This document shows positions 27,601 through 38,985 of a DNA stretch of 64,000 bases, piece after piece. Origin of the DNA: Cycas panzhihuaensis (lineage: Eukaryota > Plantae > Cycadophyta); assembly GCA_023213395.1 (NCBI GenBank), contig CM041465.1, forward strand, positions 92,077,741 through 92,141,740. Reading direction: 5' to 3'. The notes under the pieces were generated by a model, which made no database searches, had not been told where the DNA came from, and was given only the letters and a program-made list of their open reading frames with translations. A program made the translations under genes and the position numbers. Position 1 is the stretch's first letter, and every line of letters starts with the position of its first letter.

Positions 27601-30363
27601 ATGGACATAGAAATTAATGACACATTGAGAATCATCAAGGTTGGAGCAGATTGATTACTAGAAGAAGTTAAGCAACTTAAGGAACTTTTCTGAGAGTTCA
27701 CATAAGGTTTTACTTGGGACTATAATGACATGTAAGGTCTCCACCCTGATGTCATGATCCATCATATCGCCATAGTCCTTAGAGATAAACCTATAAACCA
27801 AAAGTAAAGGCCTATCCACCCTTGCTTATCCATATCCATTAAATAAGAAGTTAAGAAACTATTGAAAGTAAGCTTTATCGAAAGCATTGACTACTTATAA
27901 TGGGTATCTAATATTTTTTCTGTTGCTAAGATAAATTAGGATATATATTAATTTCTATGATATTAATGATGCTTATCTAAAGGATGAGTTTTCCCTTCTA
28001 TTCTTTGATCAAATTTAGGATCATCCAACTAGTTTTGAGGTCATGTTCCTCATGGACAACTTCTTAAGATATAGCCAAATCCTTGTCACCTAAAGATCAT
28101 CATAAAATAACTATTAGAACTCCATGGGGAACATTTTCTTATAAGTTCATGCCATTTAGCCTAAAAAATGTTGGAGCCACCTACTTTTAGGCAATGGTCT
28201 TCATATTTCATTGGCAAATTGGAATCATAATGGCTATCTACTTAGATAACATGATCACCCTATATCATTATAGAGAACATAATATTCATGAATTAGGAAT
28301 AATCTTTGAGCAATGTAATAAGTATCACTTATATCTCAATCTGAGTAAATGTGTTGTTTTACTTCTAATAAGATGTTAGGAGACATAGTTTCTCATAATA
28401 GTATTAGAGTTGACCCTACAAAAGGTAAGGGATATCATTGAAATAACACCACTATGAAGTCAAAAATAAGTAAAATCTTTTCTTAGTAAGCTAAGCTTTG
28501 TATGAAGGTTCATTATAGAGTTTGCATTAAATATTAAACCTCTCACTCATCTCAAGAAAGGGGATTCTTTAAAATAGACCACACATATTTAAGAGTCTTT
28601 TGATAGATTAAAATAAGTTATGGTTTTAAATCTCATTCTTGCTACCCACCTCTTTGTTAAGCCTTTTATCTTATATACATCTTCCACCAAAGTGTACCTT
28701 AAGGGCATGCTTATCTAACAAGATGAGTCTGGTAGGGAGCTTATTATCTATTTCATAAGAAGAACCCTTATTTCTACTAAGATTAACTATTCCTCTTAAG
28801 AAAAAGAATGCTTATACTTGGTTTTTGTGATTAAAAATTTATGTCATTATCTTCTTAAGAATACTACCTTCGTAATCATTTAATTAGATCCCATTCACTT
28901 CTTTCTCACTAAGAGTGATCTTACATGCTGAGCTGATAAGTGAGAACTCCTTTTGCAAGAGTTCAACCTTCAAATTATTAATCATAAATCTAAAAAAGGG
29001 ATTATAGCCATTGAAATAATGGTCGAGGTGCTATTACCCAACCCTACCAATCTGACTATCGATGATAGGCTCCTTTATAAGTAGATCTTTCAAGTAGATG
29101 TTGTACCTCTAGGAGAGGAATGGTATAAAGAGATCAAATCTTACCTTAATGACTAGACCTTTTCCCTTAGCATGTCCTCTAAAAAGAGGAAATGAATTAG
29201 AGTAATCACTCATTAATATTTGCTCCTTAAAGATGTCCTTTACAAATGCTCCTTTGATATATTTCTTTTAAGATGTCTTTTGCATTTTGAGACTCACACC
29301 ACTTTGATTGAGTACCATAATGGCATTTTTGGAGGCCATTTTGGTGGTCAATCTATAACTCAATGTATCCTTAGGATGGGATATTATTGGTCAACGTTAT
29401 TTAAGGATGCTCATGCATATGTTTAGAAATATTAAAAGTGCTAAGCACATGCTACATTAATACACCAACCTACCTAGTCTCTCAAGTCTATCATATCTCA
29501 ATGGCCCTTTTCGTAATGGGGGCTTGACCTTATAGGCTAAATTCACCTCCCATCCTTGAATGATCATAAATTCATTTTGACTAGTACAAAGTACTTTACC
29601 AAGTAGAGTGAAGCCATATCTATAGTCACTATAACTAGGAAAATAGTTATAATATTCATCTTCTAGCATATCATCTATAGATTTAGAGCTCCTAATATCA
29701 TTATTATAGATAATAGAACACCCTTATATAACTCACAAATGGATGAACTATATGAGAGATTCCATATCACTTATTACTTGTCAACACCTACCACCCTTGG
29801 CCAATGGTTAAGTCAAGGCCTTAAATATAATATTAGCTAAGAACTTGGCTAAGATTTTGGCTAGTTCTCACTGTGATTGGTACATTCAACTCTTTCCTAT
29901 ATTATGGGTTTATCAAACCTCTATTATAAATGTGACTAGAATGATACCATCCTCTCTGGTCTATGGCTCTGAAGCTATCCTACCCCTCAAGGTAAAAAAC
30001 CCATCTTTGCATGTTTTCTTAAAGCAATTCACTATTGAAGAATCACAAAGGGAAAAATGATTATTAGAATTAGAGAAAATAGATCAAACATGCCTAACTA
30101 CCCTTTAGAATAATCTAGCTTCCAAAGCTAGGGCTTAAGTAACGTATGATACATAGTTAAGGCCTAAAAATTTTTGCATTGATGACAAGGCCCTTAAGCT
30201 TGAATACCTTCATGATAAACAACAAAAAATTACCTCCAAGTGGGTAGGACCATACTTAGACATTAAAGATCTTGAGAATGGTAGATTCTGTATTTCTATC
30301 CTTTGTGGCCTTGAATTCTAAAAGCTTATTAATTTGCATCTCTTGTAAAAGTTCTATGCCTAA
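24630..30363 (+). pseudogene. Tat/Ogre-type gypsy gag-pol of element F2: gag, CHHC motif, protease, RT, RNase H, integrase
   Basis: MRLFPKSLQGHALKWFYHL at about 24740. WCS*H*TNTHDC at about 25366. IIDERSLVNV...YNILLRRPWI at about 26080-26310. PWGTFSYKFMPFSLKNVGATY and AIYLDNM at 28120-28255. EKECLYLVF at about 28800. HNGIFGGHFGG..LRMGYYW and PSSLVYGSEAILP in integrase. Ends KFYA*. Confidence 0.92.
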
Positions 30364-31668
30364 AAGGATAGCATGCATACCCTCCATAACAAGGATAAAA
30401 CTATAGCTCTGAATCCGTCACCTTCTAATGAGCCTAAACTATGGTTGGTTAATTTACTTATTCTTTTCTAAGACATCATTTCAACATAATTAAACTCCCC
30501 CTTTCACCACTTCATCTCCTGTTGAGTCTTATGCCCTCTAATGCATGTGTATAACTCCCAACAACCATGTAAGACTATTGGCTAAACATGGGGCTTAGGC
30601 ATTATTTACTAGACATGTGTACATCCATCTCAATTAACTTAATTTAAATAGTTTTCTCTTGAACTTTTTTGCTAGTATGGTAACTAGATATAAGCCCAGG
30701 TGGCCAGCTTCCCTGACTATATGAGGAACTTATCTTTTTAGTATTTCACTAATAATCTTTATTCTTAAGCTACCTCTTTCTCTTGTGACTTTATACTCTT
30801 TCAAAAGATTTCTTTATAAACTTATAGACAATCTTAATTCTCTACTCTTGCTTGTTTAATCACTTATTCTCCTATGTTATGATGGTTTCTAATTATATAT
30901 CTCATCTACTTTCTTGAAGCTTGTTGACCATTCTATTATCATCCCTTGATGCCCAAAGATATTTTGATTTATAGATTGTACTATCTCTTATAGTTTAGAC
31001 TTTGAGGATTTGATTCTTATTTTCTCACTTTCTTTGTCTCATTAAAAAGGTCACCTTACTATAGTTTGAGAAACATTGATGTTTTATGGGTAGGTCAATC
31101 GTGGAACACCTCCTAAGCCCACTCATTCCTTCCTTTCATTATACCTTGACCAAAATTATGTGATGACCATAGTCAAAATGATGATTGCTTATCATCTAGA
31201 AAGTGAGTTTAACAATGCATGGTTCACCATGATCTTCACCTAAGCCATCATCTGGTGTGACCTAAAATAGTAGTTAAAAAAGAAAAAGAAAAAGAAAAAA
31301 AAAAGGAAGTCTTTGTACATATATTTCCACTCTCTTAGCATCTAGAGCAAGTTGTATGATGACTCTATCTCCACCTATAATAATATAGTTAATGTCCATT
31401 AGGATGTATTGTTTAGGACCTTTAGATCTGATTACTTAGGCCCACTATAACCTCAATTGTGATTGAAATCTATTTCAAATCTAATAGCCTTTACCTTTGT
31501 TTATGTCTAGGAGATGCTCTCATAATAAGAAAATCAAACCATGATTATGTTCCCTTCTCATGTTATAGTCAAAACTAAATCTCTCACATAGAATCATATC
31601 TTCATAGGTTAATTGCTATGCCATCCCTACATCTATCACTTTGTCTCTGAGCTTGTTCCTTTTCTATC

Positions 31669-31868
31669 ATGGCATTAAGTATATATAGTAATGGAGGTAG
31701 TTGGGATAACCTTGGGCTATCTGACACTACATGGATTATTCGTGACCAAATAAGAAACATGTTAATTTCTATTAGCATGTTCCTATATCAGGCAACCAAT
31801 AATAAAGCTAAATATATTACTATTATAAGATCCCTAAGTGATGTCTTACAATTCCATAATACACCTAT

Positions 31869-31906
<38 letters not shown>

Positions 31907-32090
31907 TCCCAAGTTATAGTATTTCAATTGCTTAGTGTCTATCACATTCATTCACCCTACTTATGCTCCTTTTATGATCATTCTATGTCATTGTTGTCTT
32001 GCTTTTTGTCTATTACAATCCATCATATTCCACATAATTAAAATGTTGAAGTTGATTATCTAGAATCTTATATTCTAGAATACCTTCACT
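31669..32090 (+). pseudogene. Archaeal-type RNase H (aRH, RVT_3-like) downstream of integrase
   Basis: YSNGGSWDNLG..WIIRD..ATNNKAKY...NSQVIVFQL..IHHIPHN*NVEVDYL matches the DG.S.GNPG / TNN.AEY / DS.LVV.Q / H.PR..N..AD.LA pattern. Frame broken by a (TA)n run at 31872-31903. Confidence 0.85.
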
Positions 32091-32118
32091 CCTAGCCTCA
32101 TCACTCTTAGTTGGAGGT

Positions 32119-32287
32119 AATACTCTATGCTGAGTATAAACTAACTGAATACTCTGTAATGAGTATAAACTGACTAGATACTCTGTAATAAGTATAAACT
32201 AATTAAACACTCCATAATGAGTATAAAATAACTAAACACTTCATAATCAGTTTAAACTTACTACACAATCCATTATAAGTACAAATT
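32119..32287 (+). repeat. Tandem array of about 5.5 x 29-bp units (GAGTATAAACTAACTGAATACTCTGTAAT-like)
   Basis: Units start at 32132, 32161, 32190, 32219 and about 32247, decaying toward the 3' end. Confidence 0.9.
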
Positions 32288-32519
32288 AAGGTGTAAATAA
32301 TATCAAGAAAATACAAAAAAAAGAAAAAAAAAAAACTCAAAATATAAAAACATACAAATATCTAGATTCATATATACCTATTATCTTGCTCATTATAAGG
32401 GATAATAGGGAGGGACAAAGGTTAAAGATAATAATGCTCCACATATATATAAAGAGACAAATAGTATGATGTATATATAATTATGAAAATTTATATAATA
32501 CATGTCATAAGATATAATA

Positions 32520-34470
32520 TGTTATAGATATAATATCATACTCCTATAGCTTCCACGAGTGTGTATAAATGCTTATAAGTGAGCTCCCATAGCCATAACC
32601 CTGCACTGATAGAGTAGACTCATGTTCTCCCCCCCTCTCCAACCCATCTCCTTAGCCTGGAATCACATATATCAAAGTTGCTAAGAACTACCTTGTCCTC
32701 CTTCCAAGTGATGAGAGTGAGTGTTGAACCTCTCCCTCCTTTGAGAACTAGGTCATGCCTATTGGATGATTTGGTTAGTAGAAGGATAACATATTTACTC
32801 ACCTAAAGGATAGTCATCCTATTATGATATCATCTCTCATTGTTGATGACCTTCAGTTATGCTTCAAGGCCCCTTATCTCTATATCTTAGACCATAATCG
32901 TGCCTCTAGATCTTGATACATGTCTCAAGCTCTAATTATAGGTGTAAAATATTAAGTGTGAGAACTTAGAAACTCATGATCTCCATCCTACCAGTCTAGA
33001 GACTCATCTAGATCATAAATAAATGATAGTAGGCCATCAAGAGTCCTCCTCACCATTGAGGCCTCAATCACTTCCTCACCTGCAATATAAAACATGCATT
33101 AGTCAATAATCTTTTAAACATGTCAAATCATTAAAAGTAGAGAATTGTAAAAAATAAATACATAAATACATGCTAAGCAAACTCAATAAGCATGAAATGA
33201 TCAAATATATATACCTGTAGGAGGTGATGTTTCTACACTAACCCTAACTCAAGAACCCATGCCACTCTTTAATTTCTCACCACTACCTTTGAACCCCCTT
33301 CTTACTCCACCTCTATGTCATCACTAAGTGGGACAATTACTACTACTACTACTAGAATCTCTACTTGTCTAATAACTTATTCTCCATTGTCCCCTACTTG
33401 TCTCGGAAGATCCACCTCTATTGGGGGTGCCACTTTCTCCTTATCCTACCTATCCTAGAGGAAACACCTTTGCTAATGGGGTGATACCTCGTCCTACACC
33501 TACTCCCTATTGCACTTATGTTAGTTTGCTACCTATTACCCTTGCTCTTACACCTCTTTATGGAGGTAGGGGCCAACTTACTATAGTTTTCTTAGTCATA
33601 TTTGCCCCATCATTAGACCATGCCATCATCTCATTGTATGAACGAGGAAATAATTGGTTCCTCGTTATCTTATTAAGGTAAGGATTTTGAGTATTCCTCA
33701 TAACCACCTCATGCCTATGACATGATCATGACCTCATATGTCACTAATTCATCGCCAGTTCCTTGATACTCACTCCTCATGGTTGTCTAACTAGTCTCAT
33801 CAGTGGAATACGATCATAGAGTTAGTACATTAGGATGGAGATGTAGGAGAATCCTCTACATCCCTATTGGCATATCTTAATTAACTATTGGGCCATGCTA
33901 TCTGTAATAAAACTCTTCTAGTCTATTCATGTGCTTGCCTCACATTGGTAGATAATACTCACCTACAGAGTTGGTACTTCTATGAAGTTTAAAATCCTCA
34001 TAACCTAGAACATAATGATATAAGCTAGCATTTTATGAAGTGTTGGTATCCCATCTACCTCCCTCATTACCTATAGGAAGGTACTATGTATTCTAAAATA
34101 CTTAGTTGCTCTAGTCATATACATGTTACAAGCTTATTCAGTCTCCTTTTTTATTGCTCAATTCAATCAATTCTTCAAACCCCACCAGGTCATACCTAGG
34201 TCCCCCCCAACATCCATCAAAGTAATCTTGATGTATTTGATCCCTCATATCCTAAATACACTCTCTTAAGGGACCCACAAACTAATAAAATTTTTGAGTA
34301 ACTCATACTCTATTACCGACTGGATGGAGTGGATAGCCTTGGCTAGTCCACACTACCTCAATACTTGCCACTTAATTGTTGTCAATACCATGAAGAATGG
34401 CTCAATTACCCATACCTCATTCTCTTGGGTATCTATCCTCTTATTTGGCTTCCACACACAAAAGATGTCT
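32520..34470 (-). pseudogene. Antisense extra ORF of the Tat element, Plant Mobile Domain (PMD)-like, with one GT-AG intron
   Basis: Minus strand about 34355-34185 reads CGLAKAIHSIQSVIEYELLKNFISLWVP*ESVFRI*GIKYIKITLMDVGGT*V*PGG, like the PMD motif L..ERW.P....F....GEMTITLEDV..ILGLP. Intron signals at 33214 and 33080. ORF ends are approximate. Confidence 0.62.
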
Positions 34471-35600
34471 CATAATCAATCTTAGAATGTGATCAATTGC
34501 TAAGATAAACAACTTCCTATTTTTAATTCCCCTTAATTTAAATAACAAATATAATAAGCTAATAAAAAACATAATAAACTAGTTTAAAACATTATAAACT
34601 AATAAAAAAATATGATTTCATGAATTGATCATTTTGTGTTCTCATATTTTTACTAGAATTTTATGTTTTTAATAGGTAGTTCATATTTTTGGCAAATTTT
34701 ATCATGTTTTTTATTAAAAAACACTAGGAAAAATAAAAAAAATTAAGAGATTTCCTATAGGATGGTGGAAACCCCTCTACATCTTGGATCCTTCATCTTA
34801 ATTATGTTATCTAAATGCAAGTATCACTGTATGAATACTCCTAATAGTAATCTTAAAGATGAAAATATGCTTTGAAACTAAAGTCTCATACATGAAAACA
34901 AATCATAATAGAACTTGTTTTTCTTATAAATATGGTCCCACTCATAAAAATAGGTCACTAGGGCCTTATTGTTTCAACACTTTCGTCATACATTCAACTT
35001 GGTTTACATATTCCATCATCTAATTGAGTCTTCTATTTTGCAAGCCACCCCTTTTGATTTTTATGCCTTTATTAATAGGGCAAGTATGTTAAGATAGACC
35101 TTAAGTTGAACTTGAAGAAAGATCTTAGCTAACCTATCCATGTTTATACTTTATTAGGTCTATTTCTAGACTACGTCATGAATTTTGCATCCTTCTTATC
35201 CCTCGAGCCTCTCTTAATTTTAATCAACTCAAAAGCACTACTAATATGATTACACTATAGCAACCACACCTCCATGAATAGTTGTTGAAGAGGCTAAATT
35301 ATGGTAATCACCCTTCTAAAAGCCTTTGTTATTGAGGTAAAACTACGATGGGCAATTTAATAGTAAGTTAAAATTTAAAACATGGCTATATTATGGGCTT
35401 TCTTAAGCTATCCCTATTTCATTTTTATGGAACTTTATTCACAATTTTCACACACCAGAGACTTGTCATCCAATTTACCCTTTGAATATAACTTAGAAAA
35501 CAAACTTAAGATGCTCAAAATCAGTTATACTTAGTCCCAAAGGTTGAATTATTACCATTTTCCATCTTGCTCTTTAGCATTTGCAATAGTTTTTGGTGCT

Positions 35601-37200
35601 AAGGAGGCAAATGTTTCATCATGATTAGTCCCTTCTGGCATGGTCAAGTTCTCATCTTATTTTGTTTTCCTAAAAGTGCTTACTAGATTAGACTTTCATT
35701 TATTTAATTGATATTATTTGGTTAATATTCTTAGTTATCAGTTCTACTTTGGTTGGTTGTTTAATAGAGAAAGATTTGATTAGAAATATTAAGTATTCAT
35801 CATTTTGTTCTAGTTATGTGATTTCAAGAATTATCAATTGGATGACTGTTGCCTATATGTGATTTTGATGACTACTATTAGTCAATGATTGATCATATGA
35901 TACATTTTTATAATCTTGTTTAAGATGGTTTATGAAGTTGCTCCAAGTCCTACTTGTTTACTTCTTGTTAAATATTATAAAGCTTACATATAATTTTAAC
36001 TTATTTTTATTGTTATTAGATGGGTTTTCTTCTTCATCTTACCTCTATATAAGTCATTATTGCTTAATCAAGGGCCAATAAATTGTCTTTGTCAAATTCT
36101 ATTTTAATTTTCTATATTTTTTGGCCTTTCTAGACTATTGCATTTTTCCTGTTTCCTAAAACATAATAGTACAAATAAAATGTGACAGACTTTCATGTTT
36201 TTTATTTTATTTATACTCATTTTTTTAGTTTACTCTTGCATTTTTTAATATTACATACATGAAATTAGTGACAAAACATAATAATCTCTCTATTTTTGAT
36301 TTGATTCTAGCCTAAATTTGTAAGGTAACACCATCCCACTTGTCCTAGGATATTCTTACTAATTGTGATTATCTCCATGTAAGATTTTTGAGAAAAAATA
36401 GCAAAACCATGAGTAAAAACTATGGTTTTAGCCTCACTCCTTCTCCTTCTCTTTTTCTATAAATATTTATCCATTTTTAGAGTTGGGTGAGAGTCTTTTA
36501 GTATAATGAAGTTCTGCCAAAATTTTGTTTACAACTCTTTGTAGTGGTTTTCCTTTAATTTTGTGTAGATTTGGAGCTTCTTTCTTGGTAGTTTGTGAAG
36601 CTTATTTAAATATTTGGGAATCCATATTTAGCCTTATTGCTTCCTTGTTCTCAAATCTACATCTCCACCCAATTGTTTGGCCCTCTTATCTTAGTTTTCC
36701 ATTAGTTATTGGCATAATTTTCTCTTCTACAATACTAGTTGTCATTAAAATTTTTACTTTAAAGTAACTTTACAACATGTTGGATGGAGATATAATGTTG
36801 ATCCAAGGTTCCTTTAATCTTTACTTTGTCAAGTTTGAAGCGAATTTTATAACTGTATGTTCATCCTTTTAGTTATAGTAGTTTCTTTGTCTGAAAAAAA
36901 AATAAAAGGTTCATTTTAGTTTCATGCTATTTTCCTTTAAGTAGTTTAATCTTTATTAAGTTAAATACTTAGAGAATCAAACCAGTTTTGATTTTTAGTT
37001 ATTTCTCACTATTTGAACATTAGAAAGTTAATTTGTTGGATTGAACTAATTTTAATTTTTATATTGACTATCATAATATTAATTTGCCCATTCTTTGTTC
37101 TTGCTCATATTTATAATCTATTCAAAGATTAGCCAAAAGAGATTCAAAAATCATATTAATTCTTATGGAAAGGTGAATGAAAGTATATATATCTAAAAAG
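35601..37200 (+). mobile_element. Probable PPT and 3' LTR of the Tat element F2
   Basis: AAGGAGGCAAA followed by TGT at 35612. TATA-like CTATAAATA at about 36457. No clearly matching 5' LTR; right end unresolved. Confidence 0.4.
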
Positions 37201-37399
37201 AGTGACTATAGTCTCTTAGAGTTTTAGGTCGCTTTTGATAATCATTTACTATTAAAATTCCCCAAGTGTAGTAGAAATACTATTAAAATTTTAATAGACA
37301 TTTTCAAATAGAATTTAAGCTTTCAATTCAATGATTTAAGTGACAAAATCATCCAAGATCTATGAATCTATATACTACTAGAAAAATATCAAGCTAAAC

Positions 37400-38985
37400 T
37401 GAAGAAATAATGCAAAGAACATTTAAATAAATGAGCAGAATAGAGATTATCAAAGTATACGTATGAATTGGTAACCACGTGAGGCTCAATTTGGCCAGAG
37501 ATTTTGTATATAATTTAAAATCATGTACAAAAAAATGATATGAGGCTTAATTTATAAGCAACCCATCACTATTTCCAATGATATAATTGGTTGACTAAGT
37601 GACACATATGATGAACCTGAACTAATTATAAAACATGATTAATTTACATTGAGGGTTACCTAAGATATACATTATACACCTAATATACATGAAATACAAA
37701 GAAATGAAGGTACTATTATAAAGTTTTAATACCCTCCTTTAATGGTAAATTCATTTCTTCTGATACCAAGGTCATGTTGAAATCACTCAAACTTTGGTTT
37801 ACTAAGTGCTTTAGTGAAGATGTTTGCAACCTAGTCTTCAGTTGGATGGTAGACGAGGTCAACTTCTCCGTTATGGATATGTTCATGGATGAATTGATAT
37901 TGGGCCTTAACACACTTGGTTTTGGCATAGAATATAAGATTCTTCATCATCTTCAACACACTTTGATTGATGGTAGGTACATGTTGTTAAAGTCGAAGCT
38001 TAACAAGAATGCTTCTAAGCCAAATCAACTCTATTGTGGCATGGACAACTGCTATGTATTCTTCTTCAATGGAGGAAAGGGTAATATTTTGCTACTTCTT
38101 ATAGTACCGTGAGATTATAACTGAGTTCATGTCAAGACAATATCCTAAAGTTGAATGGTGAATTTCTTGGCAACTTGCCCAATTAATGTCTTTATGTCCC
38201 TTTAGGATAGAGGAGTCAGTTTAGTTGTATTCAAGACCAAATTGATGTGTTCCATAAATATATTTGAGGATCCTAATTGTAAATTTCTAATGTAATACTT
38301 TAGGTTATGACATATACTAGAGCAGATCCCTACTGTATATGATATATTTGGTCTAGTGTGGGTGAGATAAATAAGGCTCCCAACTACTTGCTGGTATAAA
38401 GTAGGATCAAATGATTTTCCTTGTTCGTCTAGTTCAACTTGGTTCTTATCTCCATAAGAATTGGCATTAGCTTATATTTTACCATCTTGAATCTTTCTAA
38501 GACCTCATTTGCATACTTTGTTTGAGTTAGGAAGATGTGTCCTGGTTCATGCCAAATTTTAATTCCAAAGAAGTAATGGAACAACCCAAGATTTATTATC
38601 TTAAATTTGTTTTTTAATTTTAGCTGAAGCCAAGTAATACCATTGGTATCATTCCTAGTGATTGCAAGATCATCCACATAGAGAATAATGATTGTGATCA
38701 AATTATCTCTAATCCAAATGTATAGGTCTAGGTTAGAGGGTGAATGATTGAATCCATGTTGTCTAAGAAAGACATCAATCTTTATGTACTAGGCATGCAA
38801 TACCTACCTAAGTCCATATAGGGCTTTCTTAAGCTCACAAACTAAGTATTATTGGCTTGGAACAACATAGCCAAGGGGTTGTTTCAAGAAAACCTCTTCT
38901 TTGACCTCTCCATTGAGGAAAGCACTTTTCATATCCATTTGGTAGACATGTTAATTGAATTGGGCTACTAGGGACATAACCAAAT
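37400..38985 (-). mobile_element. Ty1/copia element G: RT, RNase H, PPT and 3' LTR; 5' half deleted
   Basis: Minus strand HVYQMDMKSAFLNG, ILYVDDLAITRND and HHITEK..DQVANIFTKAL. PPT AAAGGAGGG at 37740-37732. LTR about 37731-37400 (TA...TTCA). Confidence 0.85.

Noticed and set aside
32119-32287. CRISPR-like array
   Set aside because: Units are contiguous with no unique spacers, there are no cas genes, and the context is eukaryotic.
35071-35100. Alternative PPT and LTR start (AGGGCAAGTA-TGT) for the Tat element
   Set aside because: Weaker purine tract than 35601, and a 3' UTR-type AAACTAYG motif still follows it; not resolvable without a matching 5' LTR.
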